Source: Bigelowiella natans CCMP2755
Taxonomy: Eukaryota; Protista; Cercozoa
Assembly (NCBI GenBank): GCA_000320545.1
Contig: ADNK01002448.1
Location: 1-56,101, forward strand
DNA length: 56,101 bases
Direction: 5' to 3'
Below, in pieces: positions 1 to 16,569 of the stretch (position 1 is the first letter of the stretch; every line of letters begins with the position of its first letter). The position numbers and the translations under genes are program-made. The notes under the pieces were generated by a model. It ran no database searches. It was not told the origin of the DNA and saw nothing but the letters and a program-made list of their open reading frames with translations.

Positions 1-240
1 ACAGACACACGCACACACACACACACACACACACAGGAACCACCAAAAACAAAGTTTAGTTAATTTCCGGAATTGGTTTAAATTTTGCAGGTTCGGTGTT
101 AGGGGTACACACATAAAAATTTGTCGCCCCCCCCCTCTCCCTGGTTTACATGGCTAGTTGAATGTCGCTTGTTTCCATTTTCATTTTCGATGTTTAGTCC
201 CCCCCCCCCCCCCCCCCCCCCCCTTTCTATAGACGGGCAA

Positions 241-3200
241 CTAACTACCATTTTGATCTGTGGCACGCCGCCTTTTAAGTACCGACCTCCCGCTTCCAGA
301 TCTGTATGAATGTGGTAGCGTCAAAACATAAAATGAACTTGTGTTTGTGGTAGCATGTGCCTGGATAAGGAATCCCCCCCTCCCCCCCCCTCTCTCTCTG
401 TATGTATGTGTGTGTGTGTGTGCTATTAAGACATTAAAGACAAAACCACCACCACCACCACCATCATCATCATCCCAATCATGGTTTTGTGGTTGCATCA
501 TCTATCTCTATGCTATGAACCACCTTCTTCTAGCTCTTATGCTACGCATGCCTCGTATCGGCGTGCTGTAGACCATATTCCGGCGCTTCCCACGCACAGC
601 AGCGTTATCATCATCATCATCATCATGAGCACTATCATCATGATACTCGCTGCCGTTATCACTCCGTTGTCCCCCAGCATCACTACTTGCCATATCATCA
701 TCATCATCGTCGTCGTCGTAAGCATCCTCACTCCAGCTCCCATCGCCATTTCGGCCCCTCTTCTGTGACGATGCAGAAGAACACAGACACCATTGAGTGG
801 ATCGTAAATTTCCCCCAAAATGTTAAGACGATTTTCCATCATCATCATCATCATCATCACCACCATCATCATAGGCTAAAGAGTACTAAATCCAGAGGCT
901 AAGTGACAACAACAACTAACCCTTTTCGGTGTCCTTTTCCCATTCTTCTTCTTTTTGGCGCTGCCCCCCCTGCTCTTGTTCTTTTTCTTGTGAGAATCGA
1001 TGACCGATTGAGGCACAGCTCCTTCCCAAGCCCATAACACCTCCTTCAAAATAGTAAGTACGGGGGGGGAGAGCATATGATCATGGATGAGGAGAATTTG
1101 GCAATGGCTAATAGATTTGCAGTTGTAATGATTATTATTATCATTACTACAATATTATTATTAAATAATACGATTCGTGAATGAACTTGAACCTCCTTTA
1201 TGTCATCATCCTCGGCCACAGCCGACAGCGCATCGATTGACTGCCTTCTCTTGACCGCCGTGTCGGCCTCGTCTATTGACGCATCCACATGCAAACACGC
1301 ATGCTCTGTGAGCTACTACTACTGCGATCAAACGATTGAGGTGATAGCAGATGTTTGATATGCGGCATAAAACCGTTGATGTTTTCTCGTTTGGTCAAGA
1401 TTTCCTGGTTATTATGTCGGCAGGAACGCAGCGTCTTGAAGACCACCCCCCCCCCACTCTCCCCCACACATTCAACCCCCCCGTTTCATTCGAAAAGCGC
1501 CGATGTGTGTTAGTTCTTCTCACCGTCGCTGCTCTCCCTCTTCTTTTCCCTTCTCTTCGTCACCTAGATGAGGGCGGCGGCATAGGATGATGAAACCGAT
1601 GATGGGAGGTGGGGGGGGGGGGGGGGGGGTTCGAGCGGCGGCAGGCAACATAGTAGCGACGAACACTCATGCGGTGATAAGGCAATGGGGGCGAGGATAT
1701 GTTGATTTCGTTTCACGAGACCCGCTGCCGACCGTACCTTGATATGCGGAGCGCGCTTAACGAGCAGCTCTTGCAGTCGATCGGTGAAGATGCACGGTTG
1801 AGGAGCGCTAGCATTATTATTATTCATGGAAGAGGAGGAGGAGGAGGAGGAAGCTTGCGCCGCTGACGTGCTGCCTCTGCCACGGCTCCTGCTATTATTC
1901 ATTGGCGTGAATTTCGACTTAGAGGAGGAGGCCTTTTTGGGCGGTTTGCGCTCAGTGGCTGGCCTCTTCTTGCGTGTGAGTATATCGCTTGCTTTTGCCC
2001 TTCCCTTCGGCAGTGGAGTGGTTGCCTTCGCCTTCGTCGCCCCGGCGCCACCACCGCAATCCTGCCAAGAAAGGGGAGGTGAGGAAAGCATTGGAGTTTG
2101 GAAGCAACGTCCTAGCCCTTTGTACGATTTGGAGGTGCTCTCGAAGCTATGTTCCCTCTCTACTACTACTACTACTACTACTGCTACTACTACTACCCCT
2201 TTTCTTATTTGTAAGACTCACACGCAATACTCTCGGCCCTATTGGCTTTCGTAGTGCAGGAGAACTTTTTAGTAAAAATAAAGCCGAGTCTGCGGTGCGG
2301 CTGCCATTTCCAAACACATTGCTAGCATACCTTCGCATCCTTGGACCCCCCCCCCTCTTTCTTGGCTGGGTGGACGGGTTGGCGTATCCTCCTCTTCAGC
2401 TTGAGCGCCATCATGTAGCTGTCGATCGAGACAAAATATGAAGCTTGAGTTGGGGGGGGAGAGCGGGAAGGGGGAAGTTGCCACATATGTCGTAAACTGC
2501 ACACATCGCACACATCGCACACTCTCGCACACTCCTTCACGATTTCCACGCATCATCTCGCACCTAGGCTCCGGTAGGCGCTTAATGCCTTCATCGTCCC
2601 ATGTCCAATGGCGATATCTTTTTTTGTGTCCGTGGAAGAGAAGAAGAAACCGTAAGATGCGTGCTCCCCATGATTGCACAACAGCCCAAAAAAAAAAGAC
2701 AGAAGAAATAACGGAATGGTATCCCCCCCTCCCCTCCCCCCCCCTCGCAGTGATGTATTGAATTCTCAACTATTTGCTTCGCGTCTATACCCTAACGTCC
2801 TCCTGCTTTTGGGTTTGGCGTGTTTACTGTCTGTGTTTTTGGCTTTCCGATTTTGCCCTTTCGGCCATTCCTCGCTGGCGGGTGACTCCTGGTAGTACTT
2901 CGCAATGGCGCCCACGCGGATGAAGCCCATCTTTTCGTAAAAACCTGGTTGTTGAAAAAGGAGAGAGTATGTTCAACTTTTTATACCGCACTGAGTGTGA
3001 GTGTGTGTATGTGTGTGTGTGTGTGTGTGTATTTGTGTATCCGCCCCCCCCCCAAAAAAAGAATGAGCACGTGCGAGATGATGCTGTAGTCGAGGACAGG
3101 AGACGATTTATTTCGCTTCTTATTTCCAACTCATTGTTACTCTCTATTCGTAGCTTTCTAACTGGTCTTGCATCTCTTTGCTTTTGTCGGTTTTGTTATC

Positions 3201-3572
3201 GTTATTGTTATCGTTATTGTTATCGTTATTGTTATCTCTATTGTAATTGTAATCAATCATTACATATCGAATTGTCCAACGCCTGAAGAACCACCCAGTC
3301 ATACCTTCCAAAACACATCAGACAACAGCAGCACTCAGTGATGATGCAGGCAGAACATGTCGGCGTTGTTGTTTTCCCGCGCTCCCCGCCCTTCCCCACC
3401 CCGCTGTAGAAGTGAGTGCTTTTGTTTCGAATGTTTCCTCCATTACTCGTTATTGAGTTCCATTTCTTCCAGAGCAAGCTTCACCAACCATCCGCCGCAC
3501 CCCAAAGCTCCCAACAACGATATCTACGAGATTAAGAAAGAAGAGGATCATGAAGACGAAATGACGAAGCAC

Positions 3573-3616
<44 letters not shown>

Positions 3617-4607
3617 CATGAGTGAGTTGATCCAACAGAAACTTATGATTGATCTTAATCTTAACCTCACCTAGTTGAATGCAGCCCCCTCCCCCTTTTT
3701 TCTCTAACTACACCTACTACTTCTACTACTGCCTCACCTCCGCAATGCGGGGCCACATAATGCCTTCTGCCTTAACATCACCATGATGAAACTGATCGTT
3801 GAGCGCCTTCGCAATACCTGAATGATGGAGAGCAATAAGAGCAATAAAAGCCAAGTAATTAGTAACTGGTATTGCTCCACAATTCGATGAAGAACCCCAT
3901 GCTACTTGGGGACTTGACTTCACAGCCCCTCCCCCACCCTTTCTTTTACTCTTATCATACTTCCATCTGCATCGACTTTACGATTGGCGTTGCATGGGCG
4001 CACAGAGCCTTTACGGTCCATGATGCCTTTGGGTTGTGAGGATATTGTCAATAGGGGAGACGAAATTGATGGCGACGATGGTGGTGGTGATGGTGGCGAT
4101 GCCGAGCCCGATGATAAATATTATGCTCATGATTCTTCAACTATAAAAGTAACACCACTAAAGGAAAACAAAAATCGACGGAACGCACACCATAGCTCAA
4201 GGCATTCCATAGAGAACAGCAGTCACTGTGTGATAGCTGCTCCTAATATGCGCTTGCTTAGTAACAATACGGGGGGGGGAGGAGTTAGTCACTCTCACTG
4301 CAATAGCAATAGCAGGAGTACCTGCGTTCGGCGTGATGGAATCCCACTTGAACCACCGCTGCCAGGTGGTAAATGTCGTTGTTATTATGAAGCCCTGAAG
4401 CCATCTGGCGAGGGAGGGGGGCGGGGAGGGAAGGTGAGGGAGCTCCCAGATACGATAGTGCATGAGTTAATTGGACGAAGCCAACGAAGACTATGATTGA
4501 GAATTTTATTTGCGTTTTTCACGGAGAATAGAAAACCGACCCTGTTGTCTTGTGGCGCACCATGTAGCCCCTAATTGGGTCGTCAGTGTCCAGCCTGGCG
4601 TTGTATG

Positions 4608-4672
<65 letters not shown>

Positions 4673-4880
4673 TATTACATATATATCATGAATTTACATA
4701 ATTACGTGAGTTTCATGTAAATTTGTTGTGTGTTGAAAAATAAGTCTTTGCTCGAGTCGTCTTTATGGAGTTAGTATACCTGTCCGCAATGTAAAACAGT
4801 GAAAGCGGCTTTGTTGTGTCTTTGTGCTTGCCAGTGAAACGACTGTCATTTTTTAAATAGTGAGATATTGCAATCAGAAA

Positions 4881-4926
<46 letters not shown>

Positions 4927-5464
4927 GAAAGTAATCATTTGGAGTTATGTTCATGGGTTCTTACTTGCGAAGCTTTTGTCGTCGCACTGCTTCGGTGCAT
5001 ATCTAAAAGAAAGAGAAAATATTTTAGTTCCTAGCTGAAATGTAGTCCAGAACGTGAATCTGCGTGCACATGTAGAAACCATACTTGAACTAGCTCCCCA
5101 ATGCAGGAAAACCTAAGCAAGAGAATTATCTATAAGTAAACAAAGCACATCCACTCACCCCCCTTTACATTCCGAAGGATAACAGACACCTCTGCTACAG
5201 GTTTTGGTAACATGAACCGCTCAGAGTTACTGGCGAATTATACCATACTGTAACGTATTACCACTGTGGCCTCGAGTATATCCGAACCACGCAGCTCTCC
5301 TGTAGATCTTTAGTACAGCCCGGGACCTCACTAGAGGGAGGGGTCATTCGAATGTTGATGATTGAGAAGGGAATATCTTCCGAATAATATCACCACCACC
5401 ACCACCACTACTACTACTACTATGACGACGACGACGATGCACGAAAATAAATACCTGAAATCAT
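241..5464 (-). CDS. Multi-exon GNAT-family N-acetyltransferase with a long low-complexity, Lys/Asp-rich C-terminal region
   Basis: Minus-strand GT-AG exons read ELVQICTEAVRR, KPLSLFYIADR|LDTDDPIRGYMVR, WLQGFIITTTFTTWQRWFKWDS, WPRIAE|ISLLGALGCGGWLVKLALEE (acetyl-CoA motif A-like), YDWVVLQALDNSI|FYEKMGFIRVGAIAKYY (GNAT motif B, ~2895-2945) and YRHWTW..EP|SYMMALKLK. Start (5464) and stop (241) are tentative. Confidence 0.75.
4610..4668. repeat. Compound microsatellite (CA)n(TA)n in an intron
   Basis: Directly visible. Confidence 0.95.
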
Positions 5465-7216
5465 ACGGTGGGGCTTTGTGTTTATTTAGACGGCGTGACA
5501 TTTTCGTGAGTCAGTCCTCTAAGAATAAAATTCACAAAGGTAAGTTAAGAGTCGATGAAGAGCTCGCAGACATGCGACGGGCAGTGCAGTTGTAAATGAA
5601 ATCCTATTACAGCTACTGCATAGCTCAAAATCAACACTATCATACTTCAGATAAGAAGCACGAGAATTTACAATTGCACCAAAATCAACAACAGAACAGG
5701 TAACATAATGAAGCAGGTGTTTTCCCAAAGCAAAGTCCGGATTTTGAGAGTGAGACGATGTGAATGTCCGAATCGGGAGTATAAACAACATTCTATACCG
5801 TGATGAGATTCTTCGTGCCACTACCTGACTAGCTCGAAAACACTAGAACAACTGGCTATCCATGTCTGAGTTATCATCCGATGATGTGCAAATGAAAATT
5901 GTTAGTGCACGAAGATCGGCTACTGCGGGCTCCCAATCTATTGTGTTACTTTCTCGCACTCTCTTCACATATGACTTCAGGAAACGAAGCCTTTTTTTTT
6001 TACTAATTAATGCACAACCTCTACAGTGTTCCCACAAGCAGTGGTCCTGCGGATATTCTAGTAAGCAATGGGGTGGAAAGCACTTTCGGAGCTGATTTCA
6101 GAGTTTTGGCATCGTCAACGTTGAGGTCAAATTGATATTTTCAGGATTATAGACACCTACGCCATATCTCTTCTCCAGTCGTCATTGATAAACGTATCAC
6201 ATTCTGTCTTCGACACGGAAAAATCGATCTTGCCTAGTTGGTGCAGACATTGGAACCCGAAGCCCAATTATCACTCGATAAGGGTTTGCCAGTTTGACGT
6301 TATCATAAAAAATCATGCAATTTTCAGGAAAAGTATATCTTTTAAATCCAGATCATGACAAATGCACTAGTACATTCGAAATGAAAGAATAGGACGAATT
6401 CCGTAGGAGATGCAAGTATTCATGCTTTATTTTAAAATCATATGTGAGCTAATTCTTTGTTATGAAAATGAAATCCTACTGAAATGTAAAGAACCCGCAC
6501 CTCAAAATATGAGTATGTGGCCAGGAACCCGTATTTTATTTAATAGATAAACTTATTTTCTCGGCTAATCGTTGGTTCGACAGCGATTGATATCTGAATG
6601 GCTCTTTGCCCGGGTCACCGGTAAAACTCATCCTTTCACTTTTTTGGATGAATATATATGATGCGACTTCAAAATAACTATTACAAACTAAGAAACCTGC
6701 CCATAATTAATCGGCCTCTCAGTAGGGAATTTGGTGGATGAAATGTAGGGCGCCTTTTGCTCGACGCAGCTGTGCTTGCTGCTTACAACGTGGAAAAGTG
6801 TGAACATACAGATTTTTACATGTTTTTACCAAAATTTTATTGCCTTCGTCGAGTTTCATCCTATCGCGTTAGTATTTTGAGTGACACTTTCCGCTTTCCC
6901 GAGCAGCTTTTTCCATTTTCCATCATGATTTTGGGTGGCATTGACCGGTTTTTTTCCGCTTTTGATTGGAATTGCCTTTATCTCTGAAATGCGACATGAA
7001 TTTAATCTTGTAAATAAAGGAAGAAACTGTGAACCGCGGAGAGAGAGAAAAAGGAAACACCTCCTGTTATTATTACATTATCCTCCCCAACCCCCAACTC
7101 GCATTGACACCTCTCTCAGCAGACCATCTTCCGACATCAAAACTATCAGAACATTACTATCTTGTTTGGAAACGTGAGTTGAAAGAATGCAATTCCCCGC
7201 TCACAGTCAATACTGG

Positions 7217-9997
<2,781 letters not shown>

Positions 9998-10626
9998 AGT
10001 TGTTCCAGTGTTTTGGATGAGCTAGTGTGCATTGTGATTTGAAAACGTGAAGTTTCAGTAGTCTAGGAAGCAGCAGAATCGCATCACATTCGAACTCAGT
10101 GCGTGTGCAAACCAGGGGAAGCATCAACTAGTCAAGTGTAAGCATCATCAACAGCATCGCAGGATGATGTGCATGGTGCACAGCTAGACAGTCAGGAACT
10201 TGAAAAGTTTCCATTTGTGTTGATGACCAAATTTTGCTACATTGCAAGGCTCACTGTGATCAACTGCATGATTGAACGTGCAGTGCACTGCTAGACTGGC
10301 TAGCTAGCTAGCTGGCTAGCTGGGCTGCCACGCAAATTGTGAATTCTTGATGAGTTGGTCTAGTGGTGTTGGAAAAGTTCCACAAATTGCTTTAGTGCTG
10401 CATGGAGTGAATGCGACAGCGCAGCAGCGATGCTAATTGCATGCAGCGCTGGAACGCCAAGCGACACAGCTGTCCGAACATGGACTCATTGGATGCATTG
10501 CATATTGAACAATGTAGCCTTTGATCACTACCACCATCGTAACATGACATGGCAAGATGGTGTGTTGTTGACATGACTCACAAATTTTATGATTTCTTCT
10601 CTTCGTCGATCATTTTTACATTTGCC

Positions 10627-12307
10627 TCATTTTTTGATGACGAAGCTTTGAACTTTTTCTTTAGTCTTTCCCAGGCATCCTGTTGAAAAATCACGAGCTA
10701 AATTTCTCTCATAGTTTGAATAAATGTCATCTACCTCAGCCTCTTTCTCCTCGCGTTGCAAATTCGCCTTCAATTCTTGCTTCTTTTTCTCAAAGAATTC
10801 TTTCATCACAGGTCTAAGTTTCATCGTCATTTCGAACTTCTCAATTGTCGCTGCATTGTCATCGTATTCATCCGAATAGTCCTAAATGTAACACCGGTAA
10901 TGCTTACAACTAGAGTCGTTATCAGATGAAGATTTCTCAACCTTGAACTCAAGCATTTTGAAACCTGAATGATTGAATGCTGGAATGTGCATTATCTTGT
11001 CCGCAAGAGCCTTATATTCTTCTTCTTCGATGGTATTATTTTCCCCTGACAGAGAAAAACTCAAAAATTGTTTTTCACGGGAACAATATGGATACCAGCT
11101 GCATCGTCAAAGTATGCTCTGACACGATTCAATACATCTTCACTCTGGTAATCGACCTAGATGTTGAAACGTTTAGTAAGTACAACCAACGAACAACGAA
11201 CAACGTTTGGTGCATTCTTTTAGGAAGCACAAATTATGTTTACCTCTTCTTCCTTTTGAGCAAGCACTATTCGCCTTTGCTGTCCAGCTATGGACTCTCT
11301 CTCCTTGATAATGTCGAAGCTTCTAGAATTAAGATCCGATACTGTTTTTTGTATGTTCTGCAAAATTTAATGGCAATTTAATATTTAGAAGGAATCGGTC
11401 AACTTGCCGTTCGGATTGCTAGATACCTTGAGATCTGCAACCTGCCCCTTCAGAAGGCCAGATGCATTGTTTAGCTTTGTCTCTTGACTTTGAAGCATTT
11501 TCACATTCGTGACAAGTTCCTCGTTCTGACTCAGATAAATATTAATTGTAATTGAAACATTTTTTTGGTTGTTAGTTGTTATAACCTGTTTCTCATATTG
11601 ATCGTTGTTCGCTTCTAGTTTATTCACTTCATTCTTCGTTGCGCTAAAATATATCAAAAATGCGTTATTAACTAATACAAACTCCAATTTTTCCAAATTA
11701 ATTTAATTCAGAAGAAAGAAATAAAAAATGTTAGTACCGATATGTCTCCTCAATCTGATTAGCCGAGTTGTACAATGAAAGAGTGGAGGCATAGTTCCAA
11801 TTCAAACCAAATGCAAAGAGTGCCCAGAGTGTCCAAAACAGCCCGTAGAGGATGTTAATATCCCTGTCAGTAGACATTGAAATTCCTAATGATAAAGAGA
11901 CCATCAGACAAGTTCAGCAATAGAAAAGGCCAAGTATATATGAATGGCAACTACCAATAAATACAGCTCCTAGTATGCAACCAACAAGAAATAATATCCG
12001 GAATTTCCATGCATCCCAGAAGGATATTTCTTAGTATCAAAAGAACATCACATCTCGAGTTAGTTCCAGTACGGCGACCACCTTGATGTAAGGTGTAAGT
12101 AACCTATTTTTTTCTTTCCATCCTCTTCAGGGCCCTACATGTGCGAGTGTAAGAATTCGTTTTCCTAGAAATTTGGGTTGACACAGGGGTGACCTCGCTT
12201 TCCCCAAGCTCATTCAGTTTGGATTTAATCTCTGATTTGATGACTTTGTAGCCAGTTTTTGCAGAAACTGCATTTTCACCAGTAGCTTTAGCCTTCACCA
12301 TCTTCAC
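10627..12307 (-). CDS. Hypothetical multi-exon coiled-coil protein with a probable TM segment; 5' end unresolved and running into island 2
   Basis: Glu/Lys-rich exons (KEFFEKKKQELKANLQREEKE, NEELVTNVKMLQSQETKLNN, KSEIKSKLNELGE) and hydrophobic WKFRILFLVGCILGAVFIG (~11955-12010). No family recognised. Confidence 0.5.
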
Positions 12308-12399
12308 ATCGTGAAAACAAGCAGTAATGCCTCAATAAATGGTGCACAGCGATTTTCATTTTGACATTTTGATGAAAGGCATGGACCTCAGTTGCTATT

Positions 12400-13380
12400 G
12401 TCATCTCCGCCATTGTTTGCAAATTCTTTTCGAATCTGTCAAATCTTGACAGCACAGAGCAGTGACCTTTTGGACCGCACATTCTTTCAAAACACAATGC
12501 GTTTTCAATGGACGACAATGTGTTTCATCCAAAAACAAATGAGACAAAGAAAGCAAGAGGCGCGCCAGATTTGTTGGACAGCGCCGCACAATCTGGATGT
12601 TGTCAGGAGAGGAGCCTGCTGAGAAACAAGGCACGCATCACCAGACTTGGAATTGTTTCACACAGGTCCACAATCCTTCATTCCAGTCGGATCGCTGCAT
12701 TGAAGTTTAGCACTTCGTTCACCACTCAGTCAGTTGTTCTCATTCGTTCGTTCGTTTGTTCAAAGTGTTCAAAAAGAGGACGGCAACACAAAACTCACTC
12801 ACGAACGTGTTTGTGCTTCCTTCGCACGTTGCGTGTGCAAAATGTCACATCGCATCGCTGTGCCGCACTAGCGCACATCATAGACACGTAATATCATATG
12901 CATATTATGTATGCTATTACTATGTCTGTTGCAAGCACAACGCAATGTCACATGCACATTGCATGTGCCATCACCATGTCCATCATGCACGCCTTCGATC
13001 GCTCACCCAGCGTTGGAATCCCCTCGTTGCTCATTGCACCGATCACGTGTTGGAATTTGGAATTGCTCCATCATCACAATTGCCGTTCACGCAGGCTCAC
13101 TCGTTTCCTCACATCCAAACACGGAACGTCCGGATCCACGACACCACATGCACCAGACCGCTCGACCACGCGACCCACTGATCGATCCCGCACGCACGCA
13201 GCATCGCACGTCAGCACCACTAGCACCACGCTAGCACGCCCTTGCGCATGCGAAGGTCTAGACGCCCTAGACGTGCATCAGTGTCTTCACTATTAGACTA
13301 GTTCACAGTGCAACCGTCTTACTCTTGCACTTACTAGCTGGCTTGCACTAGCATCGCATAGCATGCAACACGATTTAGGT
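12400..13380. other. TpA-depleted, CTAG-retaining island 2
   Basis: 12400-12878 has only 2 TA (TTAG, CTAG); 12925-13290 has only 4 TA, all CTAG. Confidence 0.9.
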
Positions 13381-13598
13381 GCAAACGAGTGCATAGATTG
13401 GTTAACACGTAACCAGCACAGAAATGTAACAACACAGTGACTAAAATCATACTACACTGTGTTTTTTCAAACTTAACAATCTGACATCCGACGTGTGATG
13501 CACCCCAGAATTTCCTCCTTCTTTTCGGTCATTCCCGACTCTTCCGAACTTGGCAACATGTATCGATCTAATGTATGTCTTAGCCCTACTCGCAAAAC

Positions 13599-14782
13599 CT
13601 ATTCCTCAGTTTTACTGGCAGATGCTGCTCCCTTGGCACGAAGGCGGTCAAGTTCGGCGTCAAGATCTTCTTTAGATTTTCCATTTCCACGTTTGCCACC
13701 TGTCTTTTTTCTCAAGAACGAGTCGAGCTCCTTGTTCAAGTCAGAATCAGATTTTGGCTTTGATTTCTCCTGACGAGCTCCTTTGCCTCCACGACCACCG
13801 CGGCCTCCACGACCACCGCGACCACCGCGACCACCTCGCTGCCCTCGTCCATTAGAGCGAGTAGAATTTCCACCAAAAGATTTGAATTGGCGGCCTCCTT
13901 TACGGTCACCGTTGGATTGGCGATTGCCCCCGCCGCGACGCCGACCCATTCTTCCAGTACGAGAGTACCCATCGTTGTCATCGTCGTTACTCATCAATCC
14001 ACCTCCAAAAAGGCCTCCTCTTGACTGGTTTTGGGACAAATGTTATCGTTAATAAATTAAAGAGACTTTGCTAATTTCATATCATTACCTGTGGACCGCT
14101 GTTGGAGCTTGCATTTCCACCACCGCCGCCGATGATTTGCATGTTCTAAGTTATTCAATATTTAAATAAAAGTATTACGTCTAGTATGAAAGTATGAGAA
14201 TGACCATTGGCATGTCGTCCACAATAAGTCCTTGATGCTCCCTGATACATTTCTGCGCATCAATTAGGCCCTTGAATTGCACCTGCCGAAGACAATCTTC
14301 AGTACCGCGAAGTCGCAATATATTCAAAAATTACTTACAATTGCCGTTCCAGTTGACTTCCCATGCCTGTCGTAGCTGAGCTTTACGGAGACAACCTAAG
14401 AGGCATCTCATCAGCCAAAACGCGATTAACTGGAGAAAGTAGATCTCCTACTTTGTGATCAAATTCAATCTCCTTGAATACGGTCATAACGTCATCCTCA
14501 TCCAGATCCTTGTCTAGGTTGGAAACTAGGACATCAGTAGGTTGATTACGGCCCTTCCTCACTGAGATCTCTTTCTTCCGCGAGCCGTACATATCGTTTT
14601 TCCTGTAGCATTCGCATATTCCATCATTGAAAGAATCTAAAACAATATATTGTCCTGTACCAGTCGCCTTCGTCATCGATTCTACGTCGGCCACCGCCGT
14701 CATTTCTTTCCTCAGTCCTACTTAGGGGATTAACAAAGTTGCCCCCTGGGGGGATTCCTGCATTGCGACGTTTCCGAGACAT
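13599..14782 (-). CDS. ALYREF: ALYREF/THOC4 (Yra1)-like mRNA export adaptor: RRM, RGG tract and C-terminal UAP56-binding/FoP-type motifs
   Basis: RRM pieces VLVSNLDKDLDEDDVMTVFKE, KLSYDRHGKSTGTA and QFKGLIDAQKCIREHQG; (GGR)n tract; two C-terminal motifs DLNKELDSF and KSKEDLDAELD. Confidence 0.7.
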
Positions 14783-16569
14783 AATTTGAAGTTATATTTC
14801 CCTCGTTTGATTGCCCTGTGTGTAAAAAGGCAAAATATAACATGTCATAATGTTAAACAGAAAAGATTTTAACTGTGGTGACAGCATATAAGGCAAAGTG
14901 CATAGCATAGAACCGAACTTTTTGACAACTCAGCGTGCCTCTGGCCTCCATTCTACACACACACCTTTAGATCGTTTGTGGGATTTATCCGATTTAAGAT
15001 TTAACAAAAAAAATAATCAATTTATAGAAAACGTCTACTTTTTTTGTATGTCTTAAGAAATAAACATGTTACATTTATCCCTGGCACTTGATCACTTCGA
15101 AGCACCACGATCTTTGTACGTGAGTGCGCAAGTTGTGCGTGCATAAACCTAAGATTATGAATCATTTTAGCAACCTAACATATACATTTTCCCCCTCTAT
15201 TGTGATTAATATTTCATTGAATGGAGAAGAAATATCTCACAGTTTCGCATCGTAGCAAATATGTCAATGTAAGGCCATCTCCAAACTATTCTGAAATAGG
15301 AAAGGAGACCAATTTTCTGCCAATATCTGTCGAATTTGGATATTCGCTGTTGAAATATGCTATTCATGCTTCCATTCTACGAAAGTTGCCGGATTTGGCT
15401 TATCATTTATTTCAGAAACATCCGCCGGCACAAACAGAAGAAGTCTCTAATAAGTTAAAGGAAACTAGGACATATCAAACTTGCGTCTCACCTAGTTGTA
15501 AGTTAGTTTAATCTTAGACTGGTCACTTTTAAGGTAATTTCAAGGCAAAAAATCTTTAATTAATTAATACGGCAAGTTTTATACTCAAATACGACCCAAG
15601 AGGATACAAGTTAGATTTAGTAACTTACAAAGAGAATAGCATAGACTAAAACTGCATTTTATGTACCAAATTAGTACAGTTTAAATCATGTAAAGATAGA
15701 TAAATTTATTCAAGAGTTAAGTGGGCACTATCAAATTATTTTTTGGAAAATTCAGAGTTAATCAGTTCAGCAGAAATGATAATTGTCCCCTAATGTCTAA
15801 TGTTACTGCTGACGTTTTAAATAAATTGTATCCTTTTTTTTCTACTTGTAGTAAAACACCGTGTGAACCTAAAACGAGATTGGATATCTTTAAGTTCTTT
15901 TATTCCCTGTGAGAATGGAATCAGAGCTTAAAACTATGAAAAACTACTTTTGTCGGAATCGGAATAAGTGTATTTTCGGCATTAATTTGGCCAATCTAAC
16001 TATTATCTCTATAATTTCAATCTGATAATAGTTGTATCTGACAGTAATTTCGTGGTTGCTTTTCCTCCATTTCGTGGATCCACTGGAAAAAGTATACCAT
16101 CTTTTGAGTGCGACATCAATCTAGATCAATACTATGAGATTTAATTAAAAAACATAAGATAAAATGTTTCTACAAATCTTGTCCTTTTTTTGAAAATAAT
16201 AGATTATCTTTGATATAATTTGACCTCGCATTGAAAATCTATGTCCATCATTCTGATACATTATAAGTCTTTTATCAAAATTATGGAGGATAGACGGCGT
16301 CTCGTCTTTTCAACTTTTCCATCGTCAGAAACAATTACCCGCAAATTGTTTTAAAATACGTAATTTGGCAGGTAATGCAGATCAAAATGTTTGTCGCATT
16401 TCATAATTGTCCTTATTTACATCGGTAAGGGTTGTGTTCGTAGCTGTCACGTGTCCCTCATCAATAGCGATAGGGAAGCGTTGCCAGGTCCCCTAAGGCG
16501 AAGCGGACATAAACGCGAAGTAGAGGTTAACTAAGGAAGGACCATCCATATACTGTCTCATAAGTTACG

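Noticed and set aside
1611-1629. Apparent frameshift at a poly-G run in the GNAT gene
   Set aside because: Long G/C homopolymers are common here and error-prone in assemblies, or may be intronic. No evidence of programmed frameshifting.
3984-4496. 170-aa plus-strand ORF
   Set aside because: Antisense to recognisable GNAT-gene exons, with no motif of its own.
5500-7000. Possible extra gene, or further 5' exons of the GNAT gene
   Set aside because: Only short ORF fragments with no recognisable motif or consistent splice chain. Cannot be supported without RNA data.
12756-13296. Three overlapping His/Cys/Ala-rich plus-strand ORFs, and similar ORFs at 19797-20182, 32083-32900 and 46103-46599
   Set aside because: Loss of TpA removes TAA and most TAG stops, so several frames are open by default. 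There are no domain motifs and Tyr is nearly absent, so these are by-products of the islands.
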